NCBI GenBank assembly: GCA_977018835.1
Contig: OZ361257.1
Span: forward strand, 5,456,001 to 5,520,000
Source of the DNA: Minutocellus sp. GHC0000111
Taxonomy: Eukaryota
DNA length: 64,000 nucleotides
Direction of reading: 5' to 3'
Part shown: positions 46,507 through 58,300 of the stretch, piece by piece
Layout: each line of letters begins with the position of its first letter
Position numbering within the stretch: position 1 is the stretch's first letter
Position numbers and translations under genes: made by a program
Notes under the pieces: model-generated
What the model was told of the DNA's origin: nothing
Database searches by the model: none
What the model saw: the letters and a program-made list of their open reading frames with translations, nothing else

Positions 46507-48083
46507 ATGTTGATTCCAGTGTGCATCCTTTTCATTTCCAACCTCATACAATATGGTGCTGGCATCGAACTGGGCTCTTTTTTAGTCGACAACATGGTGC
46601 TGGCCCGGGAACCTCTCAACGCTCGACTCTGGGGATGGGGCGAGGTTGGTGACACCATTTCTGTTTCGATAGATGGAGACGAGATTGGCGAGGCATCAGC
46701 CACAGTGCAAGATGATGGTTCCTGGGTTATCAATCTGCCGCCCCGAGAGGCATCAGCTGGTCCCCATACAATCGCACTTACAAGTAGCATGTCTACCGTA
46801 TCAATAACGAACGTAGCATTCGGAGACGTCTTTCTTTGTTCTGGCCAATCCAACATGGAATTTGCCGTGGCCGGGGCGTTCAATAGTGATGCCGAGATTG
46901 CCGATTCCGTCAATTATCCAAATTTGCGTTTAGCTAATGTGAACAAAACAGTGGCGGATTCTCCTCAAGATAGAGTTGGGTCAAAAACAGAAAATTACGT
47001 ATGGGCAGTCTCGGCTCCAGATGCCTTCGGTGCGGCTTGGCAATGGCCATCGGCTGCATGCTATTTCTTTGGCAGAGATATTTATAGGTTCCTGGGTGGA
47101 AAGGTTCCCATCGGACTTGTATCGGCGCCATGGGGTGGCCAGTCAGTTACCGCCTTCTCGTCTCCCGATGCCATGGCAGACGAAACATGTGGAGGGACAG
47201 TCGATTCGTCTCAAGGTTTTACCAAAAAATACACCACGGAGTTAGAGAACATCGATATCAAAACGAAGAGCGCGGTAGAAGAAGCGACCGAAATTTTCGG
47301 CACAGAAGACGTCGACTCCCAGAGACCTCGCAGCTGTGGTTTGCAATGATCCATCCTTTAATAAATATGCGCTTTTCTGCCGCTTTATGGTATCAAGGAG
47401 AGGCCGATGCAGGCGTCCCATCGTTTTATGCTTGTCACTTCCCTGCAATGATATCAGATTGGCGTCGCAAGTTTGATCTCCGTCTTCCCTTTTATTTCGT
47501 TCAATTGGCAGCCCATACAACCGATTTCTCTCTCATCCGGGAGGCTCAGATGGCAGCACTCAGGCTTGACGATGTTTCTTATGCGGTCTCAATAGATATT
47601 GGCGACCCTACATCACCATGGGGTGCCATACACCCAAGAAGGAAGCAAGAGGTGGGAAGGAGGCTTGCATTAGCGGTATGGGGAGGCTCAATGTATAGGA
47701 GAGACGTTGTCACCAGTGGACCAATTGTCCGAGGTGCCATTGTAAATGAGGACACTTCATCAATCACTGTTACTTTCGTGCCGGGGACTGAAGCCCATCT
47801 TCATGTCAATGGTACCGCTGCATGCGATGAATGTTGCAATATTAGTCCCTTTGAAATACGAGTTTCGACGACAGGGAATTGGACGCGGGCTGATTTCACC
47901 GTGGTCGACTATCGCCGAATTTTTCTTCCCATTCCAGAGGGAATGATTCCGACGGAGGTAAGGTATGATTGGGAGGGCTATCCTCAATGTGCCCTGTATA
48001 ATGGCCTTGGTGGCCCCGACGACCACAAGGGCATCGCTGCGACACCATTTCATATTGACGTGGTTCGTTACCGGTACATGTAG
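46507..48083 (+). CDS. Secreted sialate O-acetylesterase-like (SASA/SGNH) protein; frameshift near 47315
   Basis: DNMVLAR, GDVFLCSGQSNME, WGG, WYQGEAD, FYFVQLA, IHPRRKQEVGRRLA, split over two overlapping ORFs. Confidence 0.88.
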
Positions 48084-48336
48084 AAATTTCTAGAGTCTAG
48101 AGTCCAGCTGTAGACCTTCAAGTGTACCGGCGGTAGCCTTTTTGCAAAGGACCTACAACCATGTAGATGTAGAATACATTTAATCTCTTGATTGAATGGA
48201 ACCCCTACCGGTACCGTACATATGACATTTATGGCTGCACCATGCTTGCCAACCATGGAGACGTCATCGTCAGCTCTCGACTCACTCGATCGATGGGCAC
48301 CATTGTTCCTGCGTCTCATTTTCGGCCATCCATTTC

Positions 48337-49422
48337 TTGCAAGATTCAGGAAGAGCTACGACCCTAATCGCCGCGGCCATTATTGCCACTCCCGCTCTTG
48401 CATTCTCACCGTCTGCTCATAATGTAAGGCGGCAAGATGTCGCACTTTTAATGGCGGGTAAAGGAATGGGAGGAGGTGGAGGAGGAATGGGCATGGCCAC
48501 CAAGTCCAAAGGCAAGAAGGGCAAAGGGAAAAGCAAGAAGGGATCTGGTGGTCCCAAGCAAGCCCCATTCGATGCAGCAGCTTCTCTGCTGAGAATGGAA
48601 AGTGTTTATGATGAGATATGCAAAGATGCCATAAAGCAAGAGGAATCAGAATACGAGAACTTTGATACAATCACCACTGAATATGTAGTTACCGCTCGAT
48701 CAACATCAGCAAAAGCGCCCCCCGGCCTGTGCGACTGGATTCCCGTCTCACAAATTGTGCTTGTTCGACCCATATCCGAAGACGAACGTGGATCTGAACA
48801 TGCCAAGGAAACTATTCGCGCAGCTGTATCTGAATACTGCAGAGAATCCTATTTTGCCGCCACTCTCAGTGCGCCTATTTTTCGCCGAATTGCGGCCAAC
48901 GATGTGGAATACGGCGTTGAACCTCTTGACTCGTTCCATCGATTTGTATACGACGACGTGATCGAAGGAAAGAGTTCGACCGGCACGAGCGGTGGGAAGG
49001 GCGAGGAAGCAATGAGTAAGGCCGAGGCAAGAAAAGTGCTTGACCTCGACGAAGGCGTGACAGATGCGAGAGATATCAAGTCGGCATATCGCAAGAAGAC
49101 CTTCGCCCTCCACCCCGATCGATTTGTTGGAGTTGAGCGCTCAGAAGAGGAAAAGATTCAAACTGCAAAGGAGTTTGCCGATGTCAAAATTGCGTATGAA
49201 GTGCTATCATCGGGAGTGCGAGATACGTCTTCGGGAGGAAAGTCATGGTACGAATCTCTTGGAGGTAAGCAACGGATGGAGTTCAATGGCCCTATCGACT
49301 TGCTTCCTATCAGCGCAGCCAAAAAGACATTGGAGGGAATCGGCTGCCGCAGTGCCATTGTTGGTTTGGACCCTGACCTTGCAATGTCATTTGTTGCGAG
49401 GAATCAGGCAGCAGCGAAATAA
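48337..49422 (+). CDS. DnaJ-domain protein, probably plastid-targeted (start uncertain)
   Basis: ALA-FSP leader; ARKVL...IKSAYRKKTFALHPD...AYEVLS J-domain. Confidence 0.85.
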   Translation: MQDSGRATTLIAAAIIATPALAFSPSAHNVRRQDVALLMAGKGMGGGGGGMGMATKSKGKKGKGKSKKGSGGPKQAPFDAAASLLRMESVYDEICKDAIKQEESEYENFDTITTEYVVTARSTSAKAPPGLCDWIPVSQIVLVRPISEDERGSEHAKETIRAAVSEYCRESYFAATLSAPIFRRIAANDVEYGVEPLDSFHRFVYDDVIEGKSSTGTSGGKGEEAMSKAEARKVLDLDEGVTDARDIKSAYRKKTFALHPDRFVGVERSEEEKIQTAKEFADVKIAYEVLSSGVRDTSSGGKSWYESLGGKQRMEFNGPIDLLPISAAKKTLEGIGCRSAIVGLDPDLAMSFVARNQAAAK

Positions 49423-49501
49423 GTCCCAGGCCATTTAAACTTAGCCTTAATATGTGCGAGAGGGAGTATGTACATTGTTTGTCTTGGGATTCCTTGCGAA
49501 T

Positions 49502-50518
49502 TCAGAGTTCGCTCTTATCTATCGCATATCCATGGGTATGGTCACCATGAGAATGTTGATGGCGATGATGGTGGTGATGATGATCACCTTCTTCCATGTC
49601 TTTCAGGATTGCGACAAGTTGCATAAAGCCAACACCGGCACCGAACGCCATAACTTGGGCTGAGCGGAGAACAAGGTTGGCGTCTCGCTCCTCCAATAGC
49701 TCTGGTAGAATGGAACATGCGGCCAAGTAAACGAAGCAGCCTGATACGAATGGAAGTAGCACTTCATGGCCTAGTGTATCATCGAACGCAGATGCGAGCA
49801 GACCCACAATAGTCCCGAGGAAAGCTGTTATGGCCGTGGAAAATTGTGCCATGATGGCCTGCTTCTTGCTCATTCCATTTGAGACTAGTATACTGAAATC
49901 TCCAAGCTCGTGAGGCAGCTCGTGCATGAGTACCGATAAGGATGCCATGCCCCCTCTGGATTTCAACAGAGCTATCACTGATTCGTTATCATGATGACCC
50001 GTCGAAGCAGCAAACGACGCACCAATGGCTAACCCATCAGTGAAATTATGCAATGAATCAGCCGCCAAATTGAGAAGTATTGTTGAATAGAATATTCTGT
50101 TGGTTGCTGTCAGCTGAGTGGTAGAAACGTTGGCACTATGGTCATGACAGTGTCCATGATGATGGTGAGCATCGCCCCCAACTGACCGCACCAGTATGTC
50201 AAAAAGCAGAAAGACAGCGAAGCCAATCAGTACCATCAGCCCAATCGACACCTGGGTGTGTGAGTGATGATGTGGATCAGCCATTTCATCGGCATATGCA
50301 TGTGGAAGAGTATGAAGGAAAACATCTCCGAGCAGCCCGCCTGCAGCAAGGGCTTGCCCTATCGATAGCACCGCGTTGTGGCGTTTGGCAGTGCCATCGC
50401 CGCTCCCAAAGTTTGGAGAAAGGAACAAAATGACATTGGGTGCGAGGGAAATCAACAGTGTAGAAAGTAGTGCGGCAATTATCGCCTCGTTCGATGGAAG
50501 AGCGCCGGCTTCGGCCAT
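49502..50518 (-). CDS. ZIP family Zn/Fe transporter (LIV-1/ZIP7-like)
   Basis: GGLLGDVFLHTLPH, HNFTDG, HELPHELGDF, His-rich loops and tail. Confidence 0.93.
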   Translation of the reverse strand: MAEAGALPSNEAIIAALLSTLLISLAPNVILFLSPNFGSGDGTAKRHNAVLSIGQALAAGGLLGDVFLHTLPHAYADEMADPHHHSHTQVSIGLMVLIGFAVFLLFDILVRSVGGDAHHHHGHCHDHSANVSTTQLTATNRIFYSTILLNLAADSLHNFTDGLAIGASFAASTGHHDNESVIALLKSRGGMASLSVLMHELPHELGDFSILVSNGMSKKQAIMAQFSTAITAFLGTIVGLLASAFDDTLGHEVLLPFVSGCFVYLAACSILPELLEERDANLVLRSAQVMAFGAGVGFMQLVAILKDMEEGDHHHHHHRHQHSHGDHTHGYAIDKSEL

Positions 50519-50714
50519 CTTGTCGGCTCCAAAAAAGAGTGAAGAGTGCTATGCTGAGCTGATTTTCTGACGTACACGTACGTACGTACGTACGTACGCA
50601 AATCTGGCTCTTTTTTGGTCTGTCCTTCACTCCATGCCTGCCTCCAGAGAAGATACGGCGGTTCATAAGATGTGCTAATTGTATGAGTAGACCAAACAGC
50701 GCTCGGACCACAAG

Positions 50715-51877
50715 ATGGCATCCGCTAAACTCCAAATAGCGTCGTCTTCCCATTCCACCGAGGAGTTGGCTTCGATCCTCGGCGATTTTGCAACAGTCAA
50801 AATACGATCGTCGAAGCAGTTGTTCGGCGGATATTCAGGTTCAAGTTATGCTGTCGAGGTCAACACGCCAGCCGGAGCCGACGGCAAAGCCACCCGATAT
50901 GTTCTGAAAGTCAGTAATGGGTACACTTATGACGACGCGGAGTTCATGTGCCGGACGGCTAGACATCTCAGTTCGGTTGGGTATCTCGAATGCTGTCTCC
51001 CGATACCCAAGATGAAGCAGAAGAGAAACCCCTGCAACCCAGACGACCCCTATGTTTATGTATCAAAGCGAGAGAGCAATGGTATACCAGCATTCCTCCT
51101 CAATTTTGTGGAGGGTGAACAGGCCGACAAGGTGATGCGGGACAATCCCAAACTTGCGCCGACTGTGATGCGCGGCATTGGTGGGGGGTTGGGAAGGATG
51201 CATTCCGCTTCCTCTGGGATCGACAAGGCCAAGGCCAACAGCCTTGGTTTGAGATGGTATGAAACGGATGGTGGATGCTGCGATGTGGAAGATCAGATAC
51301 AGGACAAAATTTTGGACAAAATTATGGCCGATCCAGATGCCAAAAAGCATGCGTTTGTGGCCTTTTACAGACGAGAGCTGGCTGATTGGCCAAGGATGGG
51401 AAATTGGGCCTCGGCATCACACATGGTGATCCCTTTGCGGACAACATACTCAGCGATCCTCAAAGTGGCGAACTGTCGGCATTTATTGACATCGAAGATG
51501 TGTGTGTTGGCCCTTTACTTTTCGATCTAGCTTGCTGTGCGATTGGTTGTTGCTTCAAGGGAAACGACGACAACGACGATGAGTTCGACGGCAAATACCC
51601 GCAACTTATTGACTTTACTCTCCTATCAGCCTTGTTGGAAGGATACTGCTCCGATCGCAAACTACCTGCGCTAGAGATCGAACACTTTGTGGCATATATG
51701 CGTCTTACTCTGCTTTGCAATTGCTGCTGGAGGTTTGTGAAGTTCAATATAGTCGAGAAACAAAACGACGTTGCTCCAAATTCTTACCTGGAACTACAGC
51801 AAAGAATTGTATACTTGCGCGAGAGTGCGATAGAATCAAAGGTTCGGGAGCTTTTAGGCAGTCTTGAAACAGAATGA
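50715..51877 (+). CDS. APH / homoserine kinase type II-like phosphotransferase; frameshift near 51385
   Basis: GGYSGSSY, YVLK, LGRMH, THGDPFADN, FIDIED, FDLA across two overlapping ORFs. Confidence 0.82.
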
Positions 51878-51911
51878 AATTAGTTGTTACGTATATTTTG
51901 ACACAAAGTCA

Positions 51912-52973
51912 CTACTCAAACGACCCGAAAACACGAGAAGGACCTGGCTTAATGTCTCCGTTTGACTCGAATATCCCCCAGTGACTGGCGACACTGCAGT
52001 ACTCGTTGCCATTCTTCCACGGCTGTTCAAATGCATCGAACCACGACAGGACGATGCCCTCTGATCTGGTCCAATTCATCACCTCGCGAAGAAAGCGCTC
52101 TTGGTTTTCTTTCGAGGGTTCGGCCATTCCGTTCCAGCACGTTCCTTCACTTGGCCACCCACTTTCGCTGATCCAAACATCTTTGCCTTTGGCAATCCTT
52201 TTCATCTGCTCATGCTCTTACTGATGAACCAATAGAGCATCGTCGATGTGAAAACCAGACCAATAGGGATAGAAATTAATGTGCAACAAATCAACTGCCG
52301 GAACAATGATCTTTTGATTCCACTCATCCGTCATGGACTCATGCTTCACTGCCGTCGTAACTGCTACATTAGGGACCTCCATGCGAAATAATTCAATGTA
52401 GGCCACAATCTGCTCGGCGTTCAGTCCACCCCACGTCAATGCCTCGGATCCAATCGATGCCAGGTTGACCACCCCCTCCTTGGCGAGGGATGTGATGCAG
52501 TCCATCTCCGATTTAGCCTTTTCGGCGCGAGCATCGATCCACGCACCGGCTGCCGCATGCAGACCAATGCTGTGCGCATGTCGGATGGATTCGGCACCAT
52601 TGTAGCAGGCGAAGGTGTGCAAGCCGTTGGTGTAGTTGGCCACCACATCGACGCGTTGGTGGACGACATGATCGGGCAGGACGGCATGTGGGTCATCGTC
52701 GCCCAGATGCGGTGTAAAGTCAACAACATCCAGTCGATTTGGATTGAATTCGCGTTGACTTTGGCGTTGGGTGGGTGGAGAGGCAACATCGCTGTTAGAA
52801 GCTGCGGGCTGATCAGTGGGAGGGAGAAAGGGTGTTGTCTGTGGAGTCGGTCGACGACTTGGTGCGTTGACCACAACTTTGTTTGTAGGAGAATGGGACT
52901 GTCCATTGAGAGAAGAACGAATTGCGTGGATGGCCGTGATGGCCAGTTGAACGATCCTCATGTGCTGCAACAT
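51912..52973 (-). pseudogene. GH17 beta-1,3-glucanase-like gene with in-frame stop (52218-52220) and no clear signal-peptide start
   Basis: IGSEAL (acid/base), INFYPYW, ISESGWPS (nucleophile), FDAFEQPWK, HWGIF. The two ORFs are in the same frame, separated by TAA. Confidence 0.8.
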
Positions 52974-53126
52974 GTGATGTGATGTTCATTGTTGAGAGAG
53001 ATTAGCATGTGATGATGCAAAGGTAGCACAAGTTGGCAGAAACCTGCACATCATGCATCGCCTGTCGCCGAGCGAGCACATTGATTTGTTTGCAAATCGG
53101 CGACAACATCATGTTGATTTGCAGCT

Positions 53127-53440
<314 letters not shown>

Positions 53441-53651
53441 ACTCTGACTCTCTGACTTGCTGACGCGCGAGATTCTGTGTTCCAGCATCGCCAAAAATAT
53501 AAGTGAAAAAATATCATCGACACGTCACGCACGGTCATTTTTGTCTGAAGCTGTTCCCGATTCCCGATCTGCAGATCCCAGAGAAAGTCAAAACTGCCCC
53601 GTCGCGTCGCCTTTGCCATAAATCCACCACCACTGTTGTGTAATTGCAACG

Positions 53652-55347
53652 ATGAAGCTCTCCGTCACCGCCCTCACGGGCGCGGTCGTGGGCACCGCTG
53701 CCCTCGTTACATTCGCCGCCGTCCCTGTCGAGGCCGCCTCTTCGTGGTCCCTCTCTTCGCTCTGGAACTTCGCCTCCGACACCAACAACGGCGAGGCCGC
53801 CAGTACGCAGAAGGGGTCATCTATGACCCCCGGCACCCGCCTGGGCCGTCGGGCCGAGATGGACATGGAGGACGGCTCCACCATGATGGATGGGGACGAG
53901 ATCGACTACTCCGGCCTTTCCACCGATGAAATCGCGATTCTGAACGGCGACGTTGATGACAATTCCGAGACCATGATGATGGAAGGTGGTGACATGATGG
54001 ACGGCAGCATGTCCGACAGCATGGACGGTATGGATGACCCCAGCGCCTCGAACCCCGCCAACAAGTACGTGTACTACGACGAGCAGCCCGTGTACACCGG
54101 ACCGCAGGACGACGAGGACCAATCCGAGGGCCTTGTGGGACTGGAAACCAGCGACGATCAAGGCGATGACCCCGTCGCCGCCGAGGAAGCCGAGAAGCAG
54201 GCCGCCCTCGAGGCCATGGACGAGCAGGAGGCGGCCGACCTCGAATTCGAGTCGGACGGCGAAGCCGATTGTGAGTATGGTAATATGTTTTGTATATGAT
54301 TCGTATATGTTTGAATGCCAATGATAATTTGCACCATTGAATCTTTGGAGAGAGTCATTTTATACCTTCACTCTCACACCTTTCCTTCCGTTCTTCTTTC
54401 CTTGTGTCTTTTATCTATCTCCACATAACACACCAACAGTGCTCGAAGCCGAGGAAGAGGAGCAGGACCACCAGAACGACATCAACGCCGCCGACCCCTC
54501 CGCTGGTGCTATCAACCCGGACGAAGTTGAGAAGACCGACCAGATCGCCAAGGAGGACGAGGAGTCCGAGGCACCCGCTCTCGAGGAGGGAGTCACCATC
54601 GAGGCCTTGGAATCCGGCGAAGTTTCCGAGGAGGTCCTCAACGTCCTTCTCGAGGATACCATCAAGGAGGAGGCCTTCCCAGAGCAGCTTCAGATGCTCG
54701 AAGAGGCTGCCTCCAAGGATGAGATGCCGGCCGGTCCGGATGAGGAGGTCAAGACCAAGGAGCAGCTCGAGGCCGGCGTCCAGGCCGATGACGACGACGA
54801 GGATGACGTTGCCGACGTCCCCGACGACGGTGCGGCGCCCAGCGCCGAAGAGCCCGTGCCCGAGGGTGACAACATCAAGACCACCAAGAGTGACGCCGAC
54901 AAGGGTCTCGTCACAGATGGCAAGCCCGACGTCCTGGCTGATGCCGAGGAGGACGGCACCGACCTCGAGGACCTTGTCGCCAACGACAACGCCGCCACCG
55001 AAGAGGCCGAGGCCGAGGAGGCACCCGAAGGAGAAGTCATCGACCATCTCCCGACACCCGAGGCCGTCCAGGAGCTCATGGTAGAGCTTGGCACTCCCGA
55101 CGTCGACCTGTCCGTCACCGGGATGGAGTCCGAGTACGCCGAATCCTTCGGCCAGTGGGACGAGCAGGACGATCCAGAAAACGAGCTCACCGACGAGGCC
55201 ATGTGCGAGCAGCAGCACATGGACGAGATGGCAGACAGCACCGATCCCTCCATGTTTACCACTACTGAGGGCGATATCAACGACAGCGATACCGACGTCG
55301 CCCGCCGTCGCCGCCGTGCGGCCGAGACTACCTACACTCCGGTCTAA
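53652..55347 (+). CDS. Secreted, extremely acidic (Asp/Glu-rich) low-complexity protein, about 508 aa
   Basis: Signal peptide MKLSVT...VEA; intron 54271-54439 (GTGAGT...CAG) joins the ORFs in frame; strong GC3 bias; C-terminal RRRRR. Confidence 0.85.
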
Positions 55348-55356
55348 ACAATGGAT

Positions 55357-58300
55357 GAGTTGGTCCGGTTTTAGGTGAGGCACTCATGGACATTCACACC
55401 CCGAATAATTGTCAAAAAGTTCCTCTAATCTTTTGGTTTGATTCACTCGACTGATTTAAAATCGCCGACTTCACCGACCATCATTGCCATCAACCCCGAG
55501 AATTCCCTGAGAAGAGATCTCTCATCTTGACTCATAACCTGATCGAGGTCGATCATCCCTCATCCCCATCAACTCTCTCAGTAGAGATGAGGAGTTGCGC
55601 TCTCTTCGGTCCATAAAACAGACCATGCAGAGTATTTAGTGAGCTCGTTGCCTCTGTGTCACCAAAATTGATGGAGGAGATAGCTCCACAAATTTGGTGT
55701 GGCGGAAGTTGTGGCGGGCGCGCCACCGCCGCCACTATTATGCCCGAGAGGCGGATGATTATGATGGCCGAGCTCGTCATTCCATCACTCCCTCCACCCA
55801 TGGATCAGCCAGATATTAGCATGTGCGAGGACTTTTTCAACTTTGAAAAAGTGCTGGCACAGGTGGTGTCGTGTCAAGGTCGAGCCTTTGCTAGCTGATC
55901 GCCTTCATCTTTCGTCGCGGCATCATTTATTTATGCCACCGACCAGCGCGAACAGCTGGAATGACATCTGTCAGGGAATACTTTTCGAAGGGACCAGCCC
56001 ATCCCAGAATTTTCTGGGACGAGCTGGTCGTTCTTTATTTTTATTCAGAGGAGAATGAGACAGAATGATTGGCACATGTAGAGGAGAGAGGGATGAAGCA
56101 CAGGATGCAAATTGGCACATTGGTACATGTACATGTGCCGTACGAATCAACAATCAACCGCCTTGATGGAAGAATTGGTAAGTGGTACGTGTTAAATATG
56201 TGCCCAAATATTTATGTGTACATTCATTGCTCCTCTTCATCCTCGTCCCCCTCTTCATCTGATGAATCATCAATGGCCCAACTCTTCATCATCACCATCT
56301 AATTCGGTTTCTTCCTCTTCTCTATCGCTATCCCCGCCCTCATCATCATCATAGGTAATAGTGCGATTCATGCACCCTCTTCTCTCAATCTCTTCGAGGA
56401 TTTGAGAATGGGCTTCCTCCCCGAGATACCGAGGATCTAGAGTAAGCACTTTGTTGCGATGGTCAGGATTCAAGCTCTGTCGATTGAGATTGTTGTCATC
56501 AGATATTGGTAGCATTTTGATGTCGCCTGCCAGAACATGGGATACATAAAATGTAGCCCTTGCCCGAGCTGCCAAAGTTTCCTCCGGATGATACCACCAG
56601 TATCGCGCTCCGTCTACTCTGTACAGGTAAGTGCCATCGCACATCATTTCCCCCGTTTCTTGATCTGCATACGGCAATCCATCCCATCTCACCAAATAGT
56701 AGTCATACTCTGGATCGTCATTTACATCTACCGCGCCATACCCACCGACCTCAATCAGGCCTGCTTCTCGAGATGAAACCGTTTCAAGGGTATCTTCCTT
56801 GAGATCATCTATTTCATCGGGGTCTGATTTGTTTGTTGTTTGGACTGATGTTATTTTCCAATCATTCAATCCCTCAAATATCTTCCAAAATTTGCATTCT
56901 TTATTCTGCTTGAATCTCGGCTGCTCCTCGTCTTTCCTCCCATCGCTCATCCACTTCTCCCTCGACTGCTGTACACACCCATCGCATGCACAAGGAATCA
57001 ATCGCACTGCGGCCTTGTTCGTTCCGAGTTCCCAAGAGGTGAGCAAATTGTAGTGAGCGCGGATTCCGGTGTATTCTTTGTTGCGGACAGCAAGAGGAGG
57101 TGATATTGCTGCAAATACACTTTGGTGCTTGACATCTTCTGACGTTCGAACGTGGTTGTGCCTTTCACTTATTCTCACTTCATCTGCTTCTCGCTTCCCT
57201 CTCTTGTTGCCCACAGTTTTGACACCATCTTTCCTGTCAGGCTGGTCTAGCAGGCGCTGCATTTCCACCGCGAGGCTTTTGTGCTGGCCATCTTGATACG
57301 ACTGTGGCTCCATCTTCCGGTCAGCATAAATGGCATCACAGTCTACATCAGGGGTCATTATGTCCCGCATCCGAGCAATGAGATATGCCTTGTTGGCTGC
57401 ATTGAGGCCATCAACGTGATCTTTTCCGTGACCTGGCGCCCCAAGAGCTCTATCGATAGTAATTTTATACTTGACGCTCAACCAAGAGAGAAAGAGTAAG
57501 ACCACCGCACAACGATACTGCTTGGTGCAGCCGTCAGAGCCATCATAAATAGTAGAACCAATTTTCAACACCCCCGACTGAAGTAAATGATTGATTTGTA
57601 CTTGCATGTGCTGATTTGTGCTGTACCTAGGTACGCATTCTGCATCTTGTCATCGGCGAGGTGAGCGTGGAATTGCATGGCTACCTTCTCATCTACACTA
57701 CCCATCTCCTCGAGATGAGCTGTGATTTCATCGTCACTCATTTCTTTCATTATTTCCAAAGCTTCCTTCTTCCAGTGCTCTACCGAGCAACCTTCCATCG
57801 ACACTGTAGCGTTACCACCGAAGTGCATCGACATAATCTCATTGTTGAGAGCCGCAGTGAGTCTCTCTGCGTAGTCTCGGTGGGTTAGCACGTCACCGGG
57901 CTTGGACTTCCAAACCTCCTTCCTCTCATTGCCGGTGTGGGAGTTGGATAAAATAAGAACATGGTGACGATGGTAAGCATATTTTTCGAGCGCTTTCAGG
58001 TAGTGTTGTTTGATAAAGATTCCAATCGGTTCAGATCTAGCCATGAGATATTTTCTTGTAGAAATCTTTCCGGCTTTTGGCTTTGGCACCTTGCTGTCAG
58101 GATCGTCTCCGAATCTTTGCTCGTAAGTTTCAATAAGTTCATCACATTTTGGGCAAGACTTGCTACGTAGAGGTAGCTGCTGCTCTGGATGAGAGCGGCA
58201 TGAAGTAACACTCTCGTAAGTGTGAAACTTTATGCGGTCATCGTCGGCAACCTCACCGGCCTCCTCGGGCATGACTTCGTAGGCAGGGCAATCTGAACAT

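Noticed and set aside
38165..50518. Ca exchanger, SLC4, ZIP and plastid proteins as a carbon-concentrating or ion-transport cluster
   Set aside because: They are interspersed with unrelated genes; adjacency in a gene-dense eukaryotic genome is not evidence of shared function.
55992..56029. Hairpin GACCAGC..TCCCAGAA-TT-TTCTGGGA..GCTGGTC inside the Sola element as an ncRNA or terminator
   Set aside because: A single short hairpin with no further support; bacterial-type terminators are not expected here.
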